DNA of 64,000 nucleotides. Origin: an uncultured virus (IMG/VR IMGVR_UViG_3300042366_001473). Its lineage: Duplodnaviria; Heunggongvirae; Uroviricota; Caudoviricetes. The stretch is taken from IMG/VR virus record IMGVR_UViG_3300042366_001473. The stretch is one strand, 5' to 3'. Position numbers and translations under genes: made by a program. Positions 37,345 to 46,273 of the stretch are shown here, one piece after another. Every line of letters starts with the position of its first letter. Position 1 is the stretch's first letter. The notes under the pieces were generated by a model. It ran no database searches. It was not told the DNA's origin and worked only from the letters and a program-made list of their open reading frames with translations.

Positions 37345-38363
37345 TAGGCACTCTTCATGCAAGTAGTCTCTGCCAACCGCTTCCAGTTCAGCATACTCAT
37401 CTTGCGCAAGTCTGCAATCTTGATTGCCATACGCAAGCTCATTTCACGCAGTCGATCCTGATTCACATTCATAAAGTCAATGATCTCGTCTTGCACTTCG
37501 GGTGCAAAGTCGTAGTCCGCAAACAACACGCCGTCTTTGGCAATTTGCTTGATACGCAAGATCTTGTCACGCATGGTGTCCAAGGTCAAGTCCAAGTAGT
37601 GGCATCGGCTTTGCAATGCATCCAAGTGGTCCCGCAGTTTCTGCGATTTCATCTTGTCAAACTTCAAGTTGGTGATAAAGATGGCACTGCCTTTGAATTC
37701 AAAACTGTCCGGGATGCCTTCGCGACGCAGGCTGCTGGATTCACTCAACCAGGAAATCTTGCGCTTCTTGCCTGAGTCCAGAGCACCCTTGAGCAAGTTA
37801 AGAGCTACGTCATCCAGCAAAATGCTGTCGCAGTCGTCAAACACCACAACACAATTCTCGTCTGAGTACTTGTACAGTGTCTGATACAGGCCGATAGGAG
37901 TAGCACTGCCTTTGACAACTTCGGCTCGCAGTCGCTTGCCTGCCAGCTTGTCGAACATTGTGGCCTTGTCAATTTCTTGCTCAACGCCAAAGCTCTTGCC
38001 CACGCCAGGAGGGCCGCTCACAATCATGGCACGGATGTCGCCGCTGACAGTGGCTTTGGTCATTTCGTGCAGGATGTCAAAACGCTCACGGATACGATCC
38101 ATGGCTTGCTCATCAGTTTCTGTTGCACGGGACAGGATTGGCTCTGCGGGTTTTTCTGTAGTCATGCCGTTAGTATACTCAATATCAGAGATGTTGTCTA
38201 CACTGATACGAATCGTTTCAGGGCAGTTCGGGAAAGCGCCGTTGTTTTTAACAGTAACATAGTTACCTTTGGCACCGGATTGGAAACCGCTCACAAGAAA
38301 GAATTCTTGATTACGGACGGGTTTGTTACGGTAGGTACCGTTTACTACGCGAATTGCACTCAT
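37344..38363 (-). CDS. Early AAA+/P-loop ATPase
   Basis: Walker A GPPGVGKS, Walker B VVVFDD, IFITN, ALQSRC. Confidence 0.85.
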   Translation of the reverse strand: MSAIRVVNGTYRNKPVRNQEFFLVSGFQSGAKGNYVTVKNNGAFPNCPETIRISVDNISDIEYTNGMTTEKPAEPILSRATETDEQAMDRIRERFDILHEMTKATVSGDIRAMIVSGPPGVGKSFGVEQEIDKATMFDKLAGKRLRAEVVKGSATPIGLYQTLYKYSDENCVVVFDDCDSILLDDVALNLLKGALDSGKKRKISWLSESSSLRREGIPDSFEFKGSAIFITNLKFDKMKSQKLRDHLDALQSRCHYLDLTLDTMRDKILRIKQIAKDGVLFADYDFAPEVQDEIIDFMNVNQDRLREMSLRMAIKIADLRKMSMLNWKRLAETTCMKSA

Positions 38364-38394
38364 GGTTGGCTCCTTTAGTGTGCGTTAAAATTAT

Positions 38395-38423
38395 ATTATA
38401 GCAAATTGGGAATTAAGCGTCAA
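38395..38423 (-). promoter_or_regulatory. Early sigma70 promoter
   Basis: TTGACG-N17(...TTCCCAATTTGC)-TATAAT. Confidence 0.8.
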
Positions 38424-38808
38424 CCTTGACACCGTCGATTCCAAACTGTTCCAGCAACACGGCACGACAAGCATCTACGGTGCGTTTGGTTACTACCACC
38501 TTACCACCAAAGAACCCCACGTAGAGATTGCGATGCTCTACAAACTTGATTGCACCGTCGGCGCCAGTGTGCTTTTGACGGGCTGTGGATTTGGCCACTG
38601 TCTTTTTAACCGCAGGCTTTGGTGTGGGTTTCACAGCCTTTTCTGCTGTCACAGGCACTTGAGCTTTGGAGGCAGAGTTTGCAAACCCATGCTTCTTGTC
38701 ATACTTGGCAATCTGCTCAGGAGTCATTCCCCAGGTAGCCAGCAGTCGTTTGACTTCTGTTCCAGGCAGTTGATTCCAATGAATGATCTTGTCGGTCCAG
38801 TTCTGCAT
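38413..38808 (-). CDS. Early hypothetical protein with K/A/P-rich linker
   Basis: 131 aa, SD AAGGAG. Confidence 0.75.
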   Translation of the reverse strand: MQNWTDKIIHWNQLPGTEVKRLLATWGMTPEQIAKYDKKHGFANSASKAQVPVTAEKAVKPTPKPAVKKTVAKSTARQKHTGADGAIKFVEHRNLYVGFFGGKVVVTKRTVDACRAVLLEQFGIDGVKVDA

Positions 38809-38836
38809 GTTGGCTCCTTTTAGTTACTATACAAGT

Positions 38837-38865
38837 ATTATAACAAATTGGGAATTATTGGTCAA
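38837..38865 (-). promoter_or_regulatory. Early sigma70 promoter
   Basis: TTGACC-N17-TATAAT. Confidence 0.8.
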
Positions 38866-39034
38866 TCTGTGCGGCCATGGCGTAAATTTCCATGTATTTG
38901 TGGTAAGCTTCTACAGTCTTTTGGCTATAGACCATGCGGCCGTTGATCTGAATGTCTTTGATCAGTTCAAAAAATTCCATGCCCAAAAACTTACACTCTT
39001 TGTCAAGTTGGGCCATTGCTGTGGATCTTTGCAT
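38855..39034 (-). CDS. Early small protein (59 aa)
   Basis: MQRSTAMAQLDKECKFLGMEFFELIKDIQINGRMVYSQKTVEAYHKYMEIYAMAAQIDQ, SD AAGGA. Confidence 0.7.
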   Translation of the reverse strand: MQRSTAMAQLDKECKFLGMEFFELIKDIQINGRMVYSQKTVEAYHKYMEIYAMAAQIDQ

Positions 39035-39063
39035 GACTGTTCCTTTTTGTTTCTCTATGCTAT

Positions 39064-39092
39064 ATTATAGCAAATTGGGAATATTTGGTCAA
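39064..39092 (-). promoter_or_regulatory. Early sigma70 promoter
   Basis: TTGACC-AAATATTCCCAATTTGC-TATAAT. Confidence 0.85.
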
Positions 39093-39235
39093 CCGCGGTT
39101 TTAAGCTGTTTTTGTGTGCTTTGATGCGTTTGTGCAACATCTAGGGAAATTAAACGCCCTTGAAGTGAAAAATGTGTACTTTAGTACTAGTTTTAGGGGG
39201 TAAAACTGCAAACTCAAGTACTACTTTTAGCCCGG

Positions 39236-39469
39236 TTATTCCGCAAGGCCCACGCTCTTCTTGATTTCGTAACGAGCAATCTTCTCGTCAAAGTACATGC
39301 GGGTACCTTCCATGTAAGGACTCGCTACCACAATTTCGCCTAGTTCTTGAGCCAAGGCTTGGGCAAATTTAGTCAGAATACTGGGAGTATCTTCTGACTG
39401 ATCCATGGGATCTCGGTCCAGAATCTCTTGATAATCGTTAATGAGTTTTTGTATATTTTGATGTATCAT
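39236..39469 (-). CDS. Early hypothetical protein
   Basis: 77 aa, SD AAGGAG. Confidence 0.75.
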   Translation of the reverse strand: MIHQNIQKLINDYQEILDRDPMDQSEDTPSILTKFAQALAQELGEIVVASPYMEGTRMYFDEKIARYEIKKSVGLAE

Positions 39470-39498
39470 TTTGGCTCCTTTTTGTTTCTCTATGCTAT

Positions 39499-39527
39499 AT
39501 TATAGCAAAATGGGAATATTCGGTCAA
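39499..39527 (-). promoter_or_regulatory. Early sigma70 promoter
   Basis: TTGACC-N17-TATAAT within a ~50-bp near-duplicate of 39042..39093. Confidence 0.85.
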
Positions 39528-39537
39528 CTGGGCACAG

Positions 39538-39555
39538 TGTGGCAAAAAAGCCACA
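39538..39555. promoter_or_regulatory. Palindromic operator-like site
   Basis: TGTGGC-AAAAAA-GCCACA, at the same offset from the -35 box as 5983..6000. Confidence 0.5.
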
Positions 39556-39563
39556 CTTTTTGC

Positions 39564-39767
39564 TTAATGTTTAGACAACAAGGCAAAGATGCTGTTTTGC
39601 AGTTCTGCAACCTCGTCGTGCGGCACATAGAAGTCGGTAGTAGGATCGTAGTACTGTCCTTCTCGTGGATCATAGTACAGTACAGCACCATTTGGGTAGT
39701 GAAACGGACCTTCCAATCCCTTGCGTGGACCGTATTCTTTGTTGTGCTTGAAAACGATGTAGCTCAT
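39564..39767 (-). CDS. Early small protein
   Basis: GLEGPF...LYYDPREGQYYDPTTDFY, SD AAGGAG. Confidence 0.8.
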   Translation of the reverse strand: MSYIVFKHNKEYGPRKGLEGPFHYPNGAVLYYDPREGQYYDPTTDFYVPHDEVAELQNSIFALLSKH

Positions 39768-39793
39768 GGTGGCTCCTTTGTTGCTATGTTGTT

Positions 39794-39822
39794 ATTATAG
39801 CAAATTGGGATTAATTTGTCAA
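39794..39822 (-). promoter_or_regulatory. Early sigma70 promoter
   Basis: TTGACA-N17-TATAAT. Confidence 0.85.
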
Positions 39823-40556
39823 CACCAGTGTGCCTGCACTATAGGATCATTGATTTGGTGCGGTTTTGGTTGACCGTGAAATACTATCACACTAGCATCA
39901 GGATCAACGTGTGCCGCGGCACCAGGAGCACGATGTCGACGTCGCGGGAAATCGTATCCGCCTTCTTGGCATTGCCAACGCCAACTTTGAAAATGCTGAT
40001 CTGGCCAAAAACGTTTGTGCTTTGGTGTGATCACACTGTTGATGTAGTCTTGGTCGCCATGGTGTCGCCGTATCACTGTGTCGCGAGATTCCAGGCAGAA
40101 CTGGTCCCATACCCAGGCATATTGACCAACATTCCACCACATCATGCTGGAATTCATGGAACTACAGGTATGCTGTAGATATCTGAAATCTCGTATGGTC
40201 CAAAAATAATCTGGGTTGGATGCTGTGACCCAATCAAGGCTGTTGAACACTACCACGTCCAGATCCAAATACAGCAGATTTCCGCCAAAGTGTGCAGGAT
40301 TGAACAACTGCATCTTGTACCACCAAGACCGTTTGGGACCTCTGACTTCGGGCCATTCTTCAAGACAGTGCTTGATCATGTGTGGCGGAACGTATCGGTC
40401 TGCTTCAGTGTACACATGAAAACGTATGCCAGCAGTGATTTGACGACTCAACATGTTGTACAGTCGGTCAACATAGGTCCAGTCATAGCCGTTGCTGTGT
40501 ATTACACAGGCACAGTCTATGGGGCCTGTAATGATGGGGCGATTCTTGATAGCCAT
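39819..40556 (-). CDS. Glycosyltransferase (GT-A, GT8-like)
   Basis: WWYKMQLF, LYLDLDVV, NSSMM, GDQDYI, VFHGQPKP. Confidence 0.8.
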   Translation of the reverse strand: MAIKNRPIITGPIDCACVIHSNGYDWTYVDRLYNMLSRQITAGIRFHVYTEADRYVPPHMIKHCLEEWPEVRGPKRSWWYKMQLFNPAHFGGNLLYLDLDVVVFNSLDWVTASNPDYFWTIRDFRYLQHTCSSMNSSMMWWNVGQYAWVWDQFCLESRDTVIRRHHGDQDYINSVITPKHKRFWPDQHFQSWRWQCQEGGYDFPRRRHRAPGAAAHVDPDASVIVFHGQPKPHQINDPIVQAHWC

Positions 40557-41365
40557 GATCCTTTTTTTATTTCATCCACTGTGTATTCTGTGTGACAAAT
40601 CTGAGTAAGCCATAGATCTCGGTCTGTCACATAAGGCTGCTCAATTTGTGCAACGTCTACGCCCACAGGATGTGCCAAACTGCTGACATCAACCACAGGA
40701 CGAACGCCAGCAATGGCGGCTTGAATTCCTGGCCCTGAATTGTAGTTGACCACAGCATGGCAATTATAGTGCAGATTGTAACTGTCATAGGTGTTGATCA
40801 CCCGTTGTGGTTGTTGCACAGTGACATTGTTGGGCAACGGTGGCAACGCTGTACGACATCTTGGGTGTGGCCTTACTACAATGGGCCGGTCTGTATGGTT
40901 TCGCAGTGTGGCCACAGTGTTTTGTATCCATTGTGTCATGTTGGGCACAGCAGCCACTTGATGACTGTGAGTGTGTTGCAAAGCTATCACAATGTGTTCA
41001 GCAGGCTGAGTTTGTGTGGCCAAGCTGATGCCTAATTTGTGAGGACGGTCCCAGTCCAGATTGTCAGTGTGCCCGTAGTAACCTTCAGCAGTGACATTGT
41101 TCACAGCTATCTTCCAGGTGTTGCCACGATACAGTGCACCCACTTCCACAATGATCACTGGCCGGTTCTGTGCTCTGTAGTGATGATACACTGCTTGATT
41201 TGGGGCCATGCGTCCGTGCCACAACACTGACCATATCACCGCGGCGTCTGAGTTCAGTGAGTTTTCTTGAGTTTGATGTCCAGCAGCCTGCAAACAGTCC
41301 AACACTGCTTCCATCACAGGTGCGCCATTGAGTGCAACTTGTTCGGGAAAATAAGCAATTTTCAT
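40517..41365 (-). CDS. Capsule polysaccharide synthesis (KpsS/C-like) glycosyltransferase
   Basis: IALQ, VVRPHP, VVNYNSGPGIQAAIAGV. Confidence 0.65.
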   Translation of the reverse strand: MKIAYFPEQVALNGAPVMEAVLDCLQAAGHQTQENSLNSDAAVIWSVLWHGRMAPNQAVYHHYRAQNRPVIIVEVGALYRGNTWKIAVNNVTAEGYYGHTDNLDWDRPHKLGISLATQTQPAEHIVIALQHTHSHQVAAVPNMTQWIQNTVATLRNHTDRPIVVRPHPRCRTALPPLPNNVTVQQPQRVINTYDSYNLHYNCHAVVNYNSGPGIQAAIAGVRPVVDVSSLAHPVGVDVAQIEQPYVTDRDLWLTQICHTEYTVDEIKKGSWLSRIAPSLQAP

Positions 41366-41371
41366 ACAGGA

Positions 41372-41389
41372 TATTTACGCTGTTAAATA
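41372..41389. promoter_or_regulatory. Back-to-back late-type TAAATA promoters
   Basis: TAAATA on each strand, each 6 nt before the ATG of a divergent gene. Confidence 0.6.
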
Positions 41390-41395
41390 CCTGCT

Positions 41396-42190
41396 ATGAT
41401 ATTACCACAAATGCACGGTAGCCGAGCACCGTGTGACTTTTTCATTTATTCAGCCTGCGATCGTGACTATTTTGATCAGTTTGCTCGTGAACTGATCAAC
41501 AGCATCCAGGCCAACTCGCCCGATCACTTGCACCTGCACATTTTCAATCCGCGGCCGGATCAACTAGATTATTGTGCCGCGCAACCAGGTGTCAGTGTGA
41601 GCCATGAACACGTGAGTGCATCGTTGTTTGATGCGGCTGCGGCACAGTGGGCCAGGCCTGTTGCTGATCCTGTGAGTCAATCACAGCTACAACGCACTCA
41701 CAGCGCCATGAAAAAAGGACATGATACCAATCTACATCATCGCATGCAAAAGACCTACTATGCATGTGCAAGATTTATCAGGCTGGCAGAATTGGCCGGG
41801 ACTGCATCATTTATGAGCATGGATGTAGACGCTTTGGTGCGCGGCACTATTCCTAGATTGAGTCGTGATTGCGATTTTTATCTGCACAAGATCACTGGTG
41901 CCAAGGCTCGCATATTGGCCGGGGGTATGTATGTGAATGCACAAGGTCGCAGCAGTGAGTTTTTGAATCATTATGCTCAACAACTACAACACAACTTGGC
42001 TGCTGACAAAATTTACTGGGGCCTGGACCAAGACATACTGGACCAAATTGTGCCAGGTTATGCAAGTGGCAATTTGCCCATCAGCATGATTGACTGGGAC
42101 ATGCGACCCGGCAGTGTGATCTGGACTGCCAAAGGTACCCGCAAAGACCTACCACAGTTTATGGCTGAGAAGCGCCGATATAGCGTTTGA
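41396..42190 (+). CDS. Putative glycosyltransferase (DxD)
   Basis: YSACDRDYF, YYACARF, MDVDAL, WGLDQDIL. Confidence 0.65.
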   Translation: MILPQMHGSRAPCDFFIYSACDRDYFDQFARELINSIQANSPDHLHLHIFNPRPDQLDYCAAQPGVSVSHEHVSASLFDAAAAQWARPVADPVSQSQLQRTHSAMKKGHDTNLHHRMQKTYYACARFIRLAELAGTASFMSMDVDALVRGTIPRLSRDCDFYLHKITGAKARILAGGMYVNAQGRSSEFLNHYAQQLQHNLAADKIYWGLDQDILDQIVPGYASGNLPISMIDWDMRPGSVIWTAKGTRKDLPQFMAEKRRYSV

Positions 42191-43070
42191 TTGCTGTCCA
42201 CAACGCACCAGACCGTACTTCGCTGTTGCTCCAGTGTATGTTGGCTATCTTGGCAGTCCATGCTGATCGATCAGGCATGGGTGGATTTTCAACCTGGCTC
42301 AGATCAGTGAACGCTACATCAGCGGCCCAGGACCTAGCAGGATCTTCAATGTAGCCTGGTACACCTTCAATGGCAGCAACCACGTTGGGAGTGCTGTTGA
42401 TTCCCACTGTACACCAACAGTTGACCAGGGCGTCTCGAATGTTGGCATGATCACTGACAGTGACCAAAGTTCCGTACTTCTTTTGTATTTTTTCAATTTG
42501 TTTGAATCTGGCTCCGTCGCCTGGATGCATGCGAATCATGATGGGCCGATTGCTGTGTTTGCGTAGTTTGCTGATGGTCTTGTCCAACCAGGCTTCTTGA
42601 TCTGTGAACATGTTGAATCCCTTGGGCCGTTGACACAGGATCAATATGTGATTGCCATGTGTGCGCCAGGGTTTTATGGCAGCATTGTGCCAGGCAGAAT
42701 ATCTATCCCACTTGGTGGTGTCTAGTTGATCAAAAAAGTATGTGCCTGAATTGGGATACACTGATCCCAAACTGTAGCGATGCCATTCATGCTCGGGCCT
42801 GGCATAATGCAAAATATTGCTGTCCACAAACACACTGGGGGTTTTTTGTAGGCGCAACTGATCAATGATTTTTTTCCTGAAGTTATCTTCCAGTGTGTAG
42901 CCCAGCACAAATCCTGCATCCAATTTTTGATCCGGCAATCGATTGTCTCGAAATTCAATCACTGTGTCACCTTGGGATCTTGCTCCTTCGGCAAAGTTAT
43001 CCATCAGCATGACCTTGTTGCCAAACTTGGCAGGGTTAGATATGGAGTTGTAGAAGATTCCTACTTTCAT
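42159..43070 (-). CDS. KpsS/C-like glycosyltransferase (paralog of 40517)
   Basis: ILCQ, IRMHPGD, INSTPNVVAAIEGVP. Confidence 0.65.
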   Translation of the reverse strand: MKVGIFYNSISNPAKFGNKVMLMDNFAEGARSQGDTVIEFRDNRLPDQKLDAGFVLGYTLEDNFRKKIIDQLRLQKTPSVFVDSNILHYARPEHEWHRYSLGSVYPNSGTYFFDQLDTTKWDRYSAWHNAAIKPWRTHGNHILILCQRPKGFNMFTDQEAWLDKTISKLRKHSNRPIMIRMHPGDGARFKQIEKIQKKYGTLVTVSDHANIRDALVNCWCTVGINSTPNVVAAIEGVPGYIEDPARSWAADVAFTDLSQVENPPMPDRSAWTAKIANIHWSNSEVRSGALWTAIKRYIGASQP

Positions 43071-43828
43071 TCTTTGACCCAGTCCTTGGATTTGGTCATG
43101 GATACATTGCCTTCTTCAGGCAAGGTATTGCGACCCATGATATAGTTGCTGATCTTCACAGGTACCACAAACTGATTGATAGCATTGTCTGCTGGATACC
43201 AGTAGGGTCGATAAAACTTGACCAAGGCAAGAGCAGCATCGGGCATAATAGCATAGCCGCTGGCGCCAGGCATGCTGAAGTTTTGCCACTTACGAGCCGA
43301 CGGGGTACCTGTGGGGTTTTCCAAGTAGGTTTTTTGTGGCTCAGTCATGAACGAGCTCTTGCCCAAGCTCAGAATCAACACACCGTCGAATTCCACAGGA
43401 TGGTAGCCACGATAGAACTTGACATCATCCTCAAAAATCATAATGGGCTCTTTGAGTTCCACACACTTTTTCCACAAGTTGTAGTGACTGTAGAAACAGC
43501 CAATTACCCCGGGGCGACTCAGTTTGCCCACGTCTTTTTCTCCGATCAACTGTCGTTCAATGATTTCATAACGATGTTTCTTTTTGAATTCTTCGTACAG
43601 TTCAGGGCGTATCAGTTGTTCAATGTCGTGTTTGTCCAACACACGATTTTTGATACTGTAAGGATACAATGTTTTTTTGGCTTTTGCTGCCATGGCAACT
43701 GCTTGATCACCAGGTGTACCTTCAAATAGTTCAGCGTCAATGTTGTACTCTTTGAGTTGATCTAGCATGAGCTTGGAATGTTGAACACTGTGTTCTCGTT
43801 CGGGTAGGTAAATTATAAATGCTTTCAT
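43067..43828 (-). CDS. Glycosyltransferase family 25
   Basis: FIIYL, GCFYSHYNLWKKC, IFEDDV, GASGYAI.P.AA. Confidence 0.85.
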   Translation of the reverse strand: MKAFIIYLPEREHSVQHSKLMLDQLKEYNIDAELFEGTPGDQAVAMAAKAKKTLYPYSIKNRVLDKHDIEQLIRPELYEEFKKKHRYEIIERQLIGEKDVGKLSRPGVIGCFYSHYNLWKKCVELKEPIMIFEDDVKFYRGYHPVEFDGVLILSLGKSSFMTEPQKTYLENPTGTPSARKWQNFSMPGASGYAIMPDAALALVKFYRPYWYPADNAINQFVVPVKISNYIMGRNTLPEEGNVSMTKSKDWVKE

Positions 43829-43842
43829 GTGTTATATATGTA

Positions 43843-43854
43843 TATAAATATTTA
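43843..43854. promoter_or_regulatory. Overlapping divergent late promoters
   Basis: TATAAATA on the + strand and TAAATA on the - strand. Confidence 0.55.
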
Positions 43855-43880
43855 GTGATACAAAATTTACAAGGAAAACA

Positions 43881-44423
43881 ATGTCGTATAGTCTAAAATC
43901 AGGAAAAGCTGAAACATTGGCTTGGTTCCAGTCCAATCAATCAACTATTAAAACTGTGGTAGATATTGGGCCTGGGTCAGGAACTTATGTTAAACTCATA
44001 AAGGAAGATGCTCAGTGCTGTGTGAATGCTACCTGGATTGGTATTGAGATTTGGAAACCCTACATTGAAGAATTCAATCTAGAAAGCAGATACAATCAAA
44101 TACTCAATCAAGACGTTCGTACAGTAGATTGGACTGTGTTGAATCCCGATGTAGTCATAGCCGGCGATGTGTTAGAGCACATGACCAAAGAGGATGCTGT
44201 TGCTCTTGTGGATCGTATTTTGCAAGTTTCAGACATGTTGATTGTGAGTATTCCTATCAGACACATGCCACAAGATGAACATGCGTATCCTAACCCGCAC
44301 GAAGCCCATGTCAAGGATGATTGGAGTCATAACGAAGTTGTAGCTACCTGGGGTCACTACATCAAGGAATCGTATCGTAAAAGCCAGAAAAGCAAACTAG
44401 GTGTGTATTGGATGTCAAAATGA
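43881..44423 (+). CDS. Class I SAM-dependent methyltransferase
   Basis: VVDIGPGSG, GIEIW, GDVLEH. Confidence 0.85.
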   Translation: MSYSLKSGKAETLAWFQSNQSTIKTVVDIGPGSGTYVKLIKEDAQCCVNATWIGIEIWKPYIEEFNLESRYNQILNQDVRTVDWTVLNPDVVIAGDVLEHMTKEDAVALVDRILQVSDMLIVSIPIRHMPQDEHAYPNPHEAHVKDDWSHNEVVATWGHYIKESYRKSQKSKLGVYWMSK

Positions 44424-44959
44424 GAACATTGAAAGATCTAAGAGCTGATTACCTTGATTTAAAAATAGGTCCAACCAACTGGTTAGGTGACAGTCCCACA
44501 AGATTTGACACCTACAAGCGATATGCCAGCAATGTTGATAGTATTATAGAGTTTGGAGTATACACAGGCCTAAGTACCTGTGCCTGGCTGTTAGGCCAAC
44601 CCAAACGTTTACGAAGTTATGATATCACTGACCAATATCTAACTGTGCTTGACGAATTAAAATACAATGCTGAACAAAATGGAACAGATTTTGAATTCTC
44701 TGTGGGCAACAGCCTAGAAGTAGCCGCCGAAGAATGTGACTTGTTGTTTATTGATACTGTGCACAAACGAGATCATTGCATGGCTGAGTTAGTCAGGCAT
44801 GCTGAACTAGCAAAAAAATACATTGTGTTACACGATCCCAGTGATTGGCCTGGAGTGTTCGAAGCTGCGATTATATTTTTACATCACAATCGACAATGGC
44901 ATATTGTTGAGCATTGCAACAAAAACTCTGGACTGCTTGTACTAGAACGTTATGCTTAA
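44420..44959 (+). CDS. Methyltransferase (Methyltransf_24-like)
   Basis: IEFGVYTGLST, DLLFIDTVH, IVLHD. Confidence 0.8.
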   Translation: MRTLKDLRADYLDLKIGPTNWLGDSPTRFDTYKRYASNVDSIIEFGVYTGLSTCAWLLGQPKRLRSYDITDQYLTVLDELKYNAEQNGTDFEFSVGNSLEVAAEECDLLFIDTVHKRDHCMAELVRHAELAKKYIVLHDPSDWPGVFEAAIIFLHHNRQWHIVEHCNKNSGLLVLERYA

Positions 44960-45593
44960 TGTTGTGTGTTTGCTACGCCAAGGTGGCAAGGTGGGATATG
45001 ATGCCAGTTGGGTAGCAAAGCTTCAACGTGCAGTTGAACGTAATTTAACTATACCGCACAGATTTGTTTGTTTCAGCGACTGTGACGTGCCTTGTGAGCG
45101 AATAGAATTGCTACCAGGAGACTCTGGATTCTGGAGCAAAATGCAATTGTTTCGTCCAGGTGTGCTGACTGGGCCAACCTTGTTCCTGGATCTTGACACT
45201 GTGATATGTAGTAACCTAGATGAAATGGTGCAACGACTACACAATCAAAAGTTTGTTATGTGGGTCGAAGCAGACAAGAATATACATTCAAGTGCGCTTA
45301 TGTATTGGCACGGAGATCACCGCTATCTTTGGGATTTGTATCAAAGTCGTCCATTATCTCATTGGCAAGCATTGTACGGAGCACCACCCTTGTACGGAGA
45401 TCAGGCTATTGTCAGCGAACATACTGTACACACAGTATTAACTGATCACTGTCCCAAATCGTGGTTTCACATAGCATCACGCAACGACGAATACCAGGAT
45501 CTCAGTGCGGTAAAAATGTTGATGTTTAGAAAAGTGTCGCAGAAGCCCAGTACCATGGGTCATCACCCATTGGTGCAACAACACTGGGTTTAA
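44952..45593 (+). CDS. Glycosyltransferase (paralog of 39819)
   Basis: FWSKMQLF, LFLDLDTV, SSALM, GDQA. Confidence 0.75.
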   Translation: MLNVVCLLRQGGKVGYDASWVAKLQRAVERNLTIPHRFVCFSDCDVPCERIELLPGDSGFWSKMQLFRPGVLTGPTLFLDLDTVICSNLDEMVQRLHNQKFVMWVEADKNIHSSALMYWHGDHRYLWDLYQSRPLSHWQALYGAPPLYGDQAIVSEHTVHTVLTDHCPKSWFHIASRNDEYQDLSAVKMLMFRKVSQKPSTMGHHPLVQQHWV

Positions 45594-46273
45594 ATTTCTC
45601 GTTGCAAACAATATTCAGTTAGAATACGTTCTCTATGCCATTCATCACCTTGTGGTGTGTCGGCAAACTCTTGAAAGCAAGGTGTGCCCAGAGTGTAGTG
45701 TAGCAGTTTGGCATTCTTATTAACGCCGTATTCGTCGGGCAACCAATTCCATTCGGGCGGCAATTCACCTATGCGAGCATCATCTAACCACGAGAAGCGG
45801 TGGAGCTCACTGCCTGTGGATTTTTGTACGAACTGGGGAGTAAGTTGCCTGTTAGGAAAGCTATTACAATTCCACAGAATAACACTAGACCAATTTTTTC
45901 GAGGATAGTTTTCATTTTTTGCTCCTAGGTATTTTACAGGCATGCGTGTTTGGTAGTCATGCTTGACTACCATTACATCCATATAGGGATTCTGTAATTC
46001 CCATAACTTTGCAATATCATCACGTACAATCATGTCGCCGTCAATAAAGATCGCCCAACCTGTGTATTCTTGCAGGTGCGGCACAAGAAAACGAGTGTAG
46101 ATAAAGTGGTTTGATCCATCGGTATGTGTTTCTTCGTAGTCTCGAAACAAGTTCAAGGCCACAGGAATAATAGCCACTGGCTTTGATGCATGGCGTATGA
46201 TTGAGTTCACACAAGTGTGATAAGCAATGGCCTCGCGAGGATCGTAGCCAACATAAACTGGTATGGCTTTCAT
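45590..46273 (-). CDS. Glycosyltransferase (GT8-like)
   Basis: VGYDPRE, FIYTRFLVP, FIDGDM, YPRKNWSS, LHYTLGTP. Confidence 0.85.
   Translation of the reverse strand: MKAIPVYVGYDPREAIAYHTCVNSIIRHASKPVAIIPVALNLFRDYEETHTDGSNHFIYTRFLVPHLQEYTGWAIFIDGDMIVRDDIAKLWELQNPYMDVMVVKHDYQTRMPVKYLGAKNENYPRKNWSSVILWNCNSFPNRQLTPQFVQKSTGSELHRFSWLDDARIGELPPEWNWLPDEYGVNKNAKLLHYTLGTPCFQEFADTPQGDEWHRERILTEYCLQREI

Noticed and set aside
38395..39822. CRISPR array suggested by recurring ~30-bp repeats
   Set aside because: The repeats are promoters separated by 200-400 bp containing ORFs, not by uniform short spacers.
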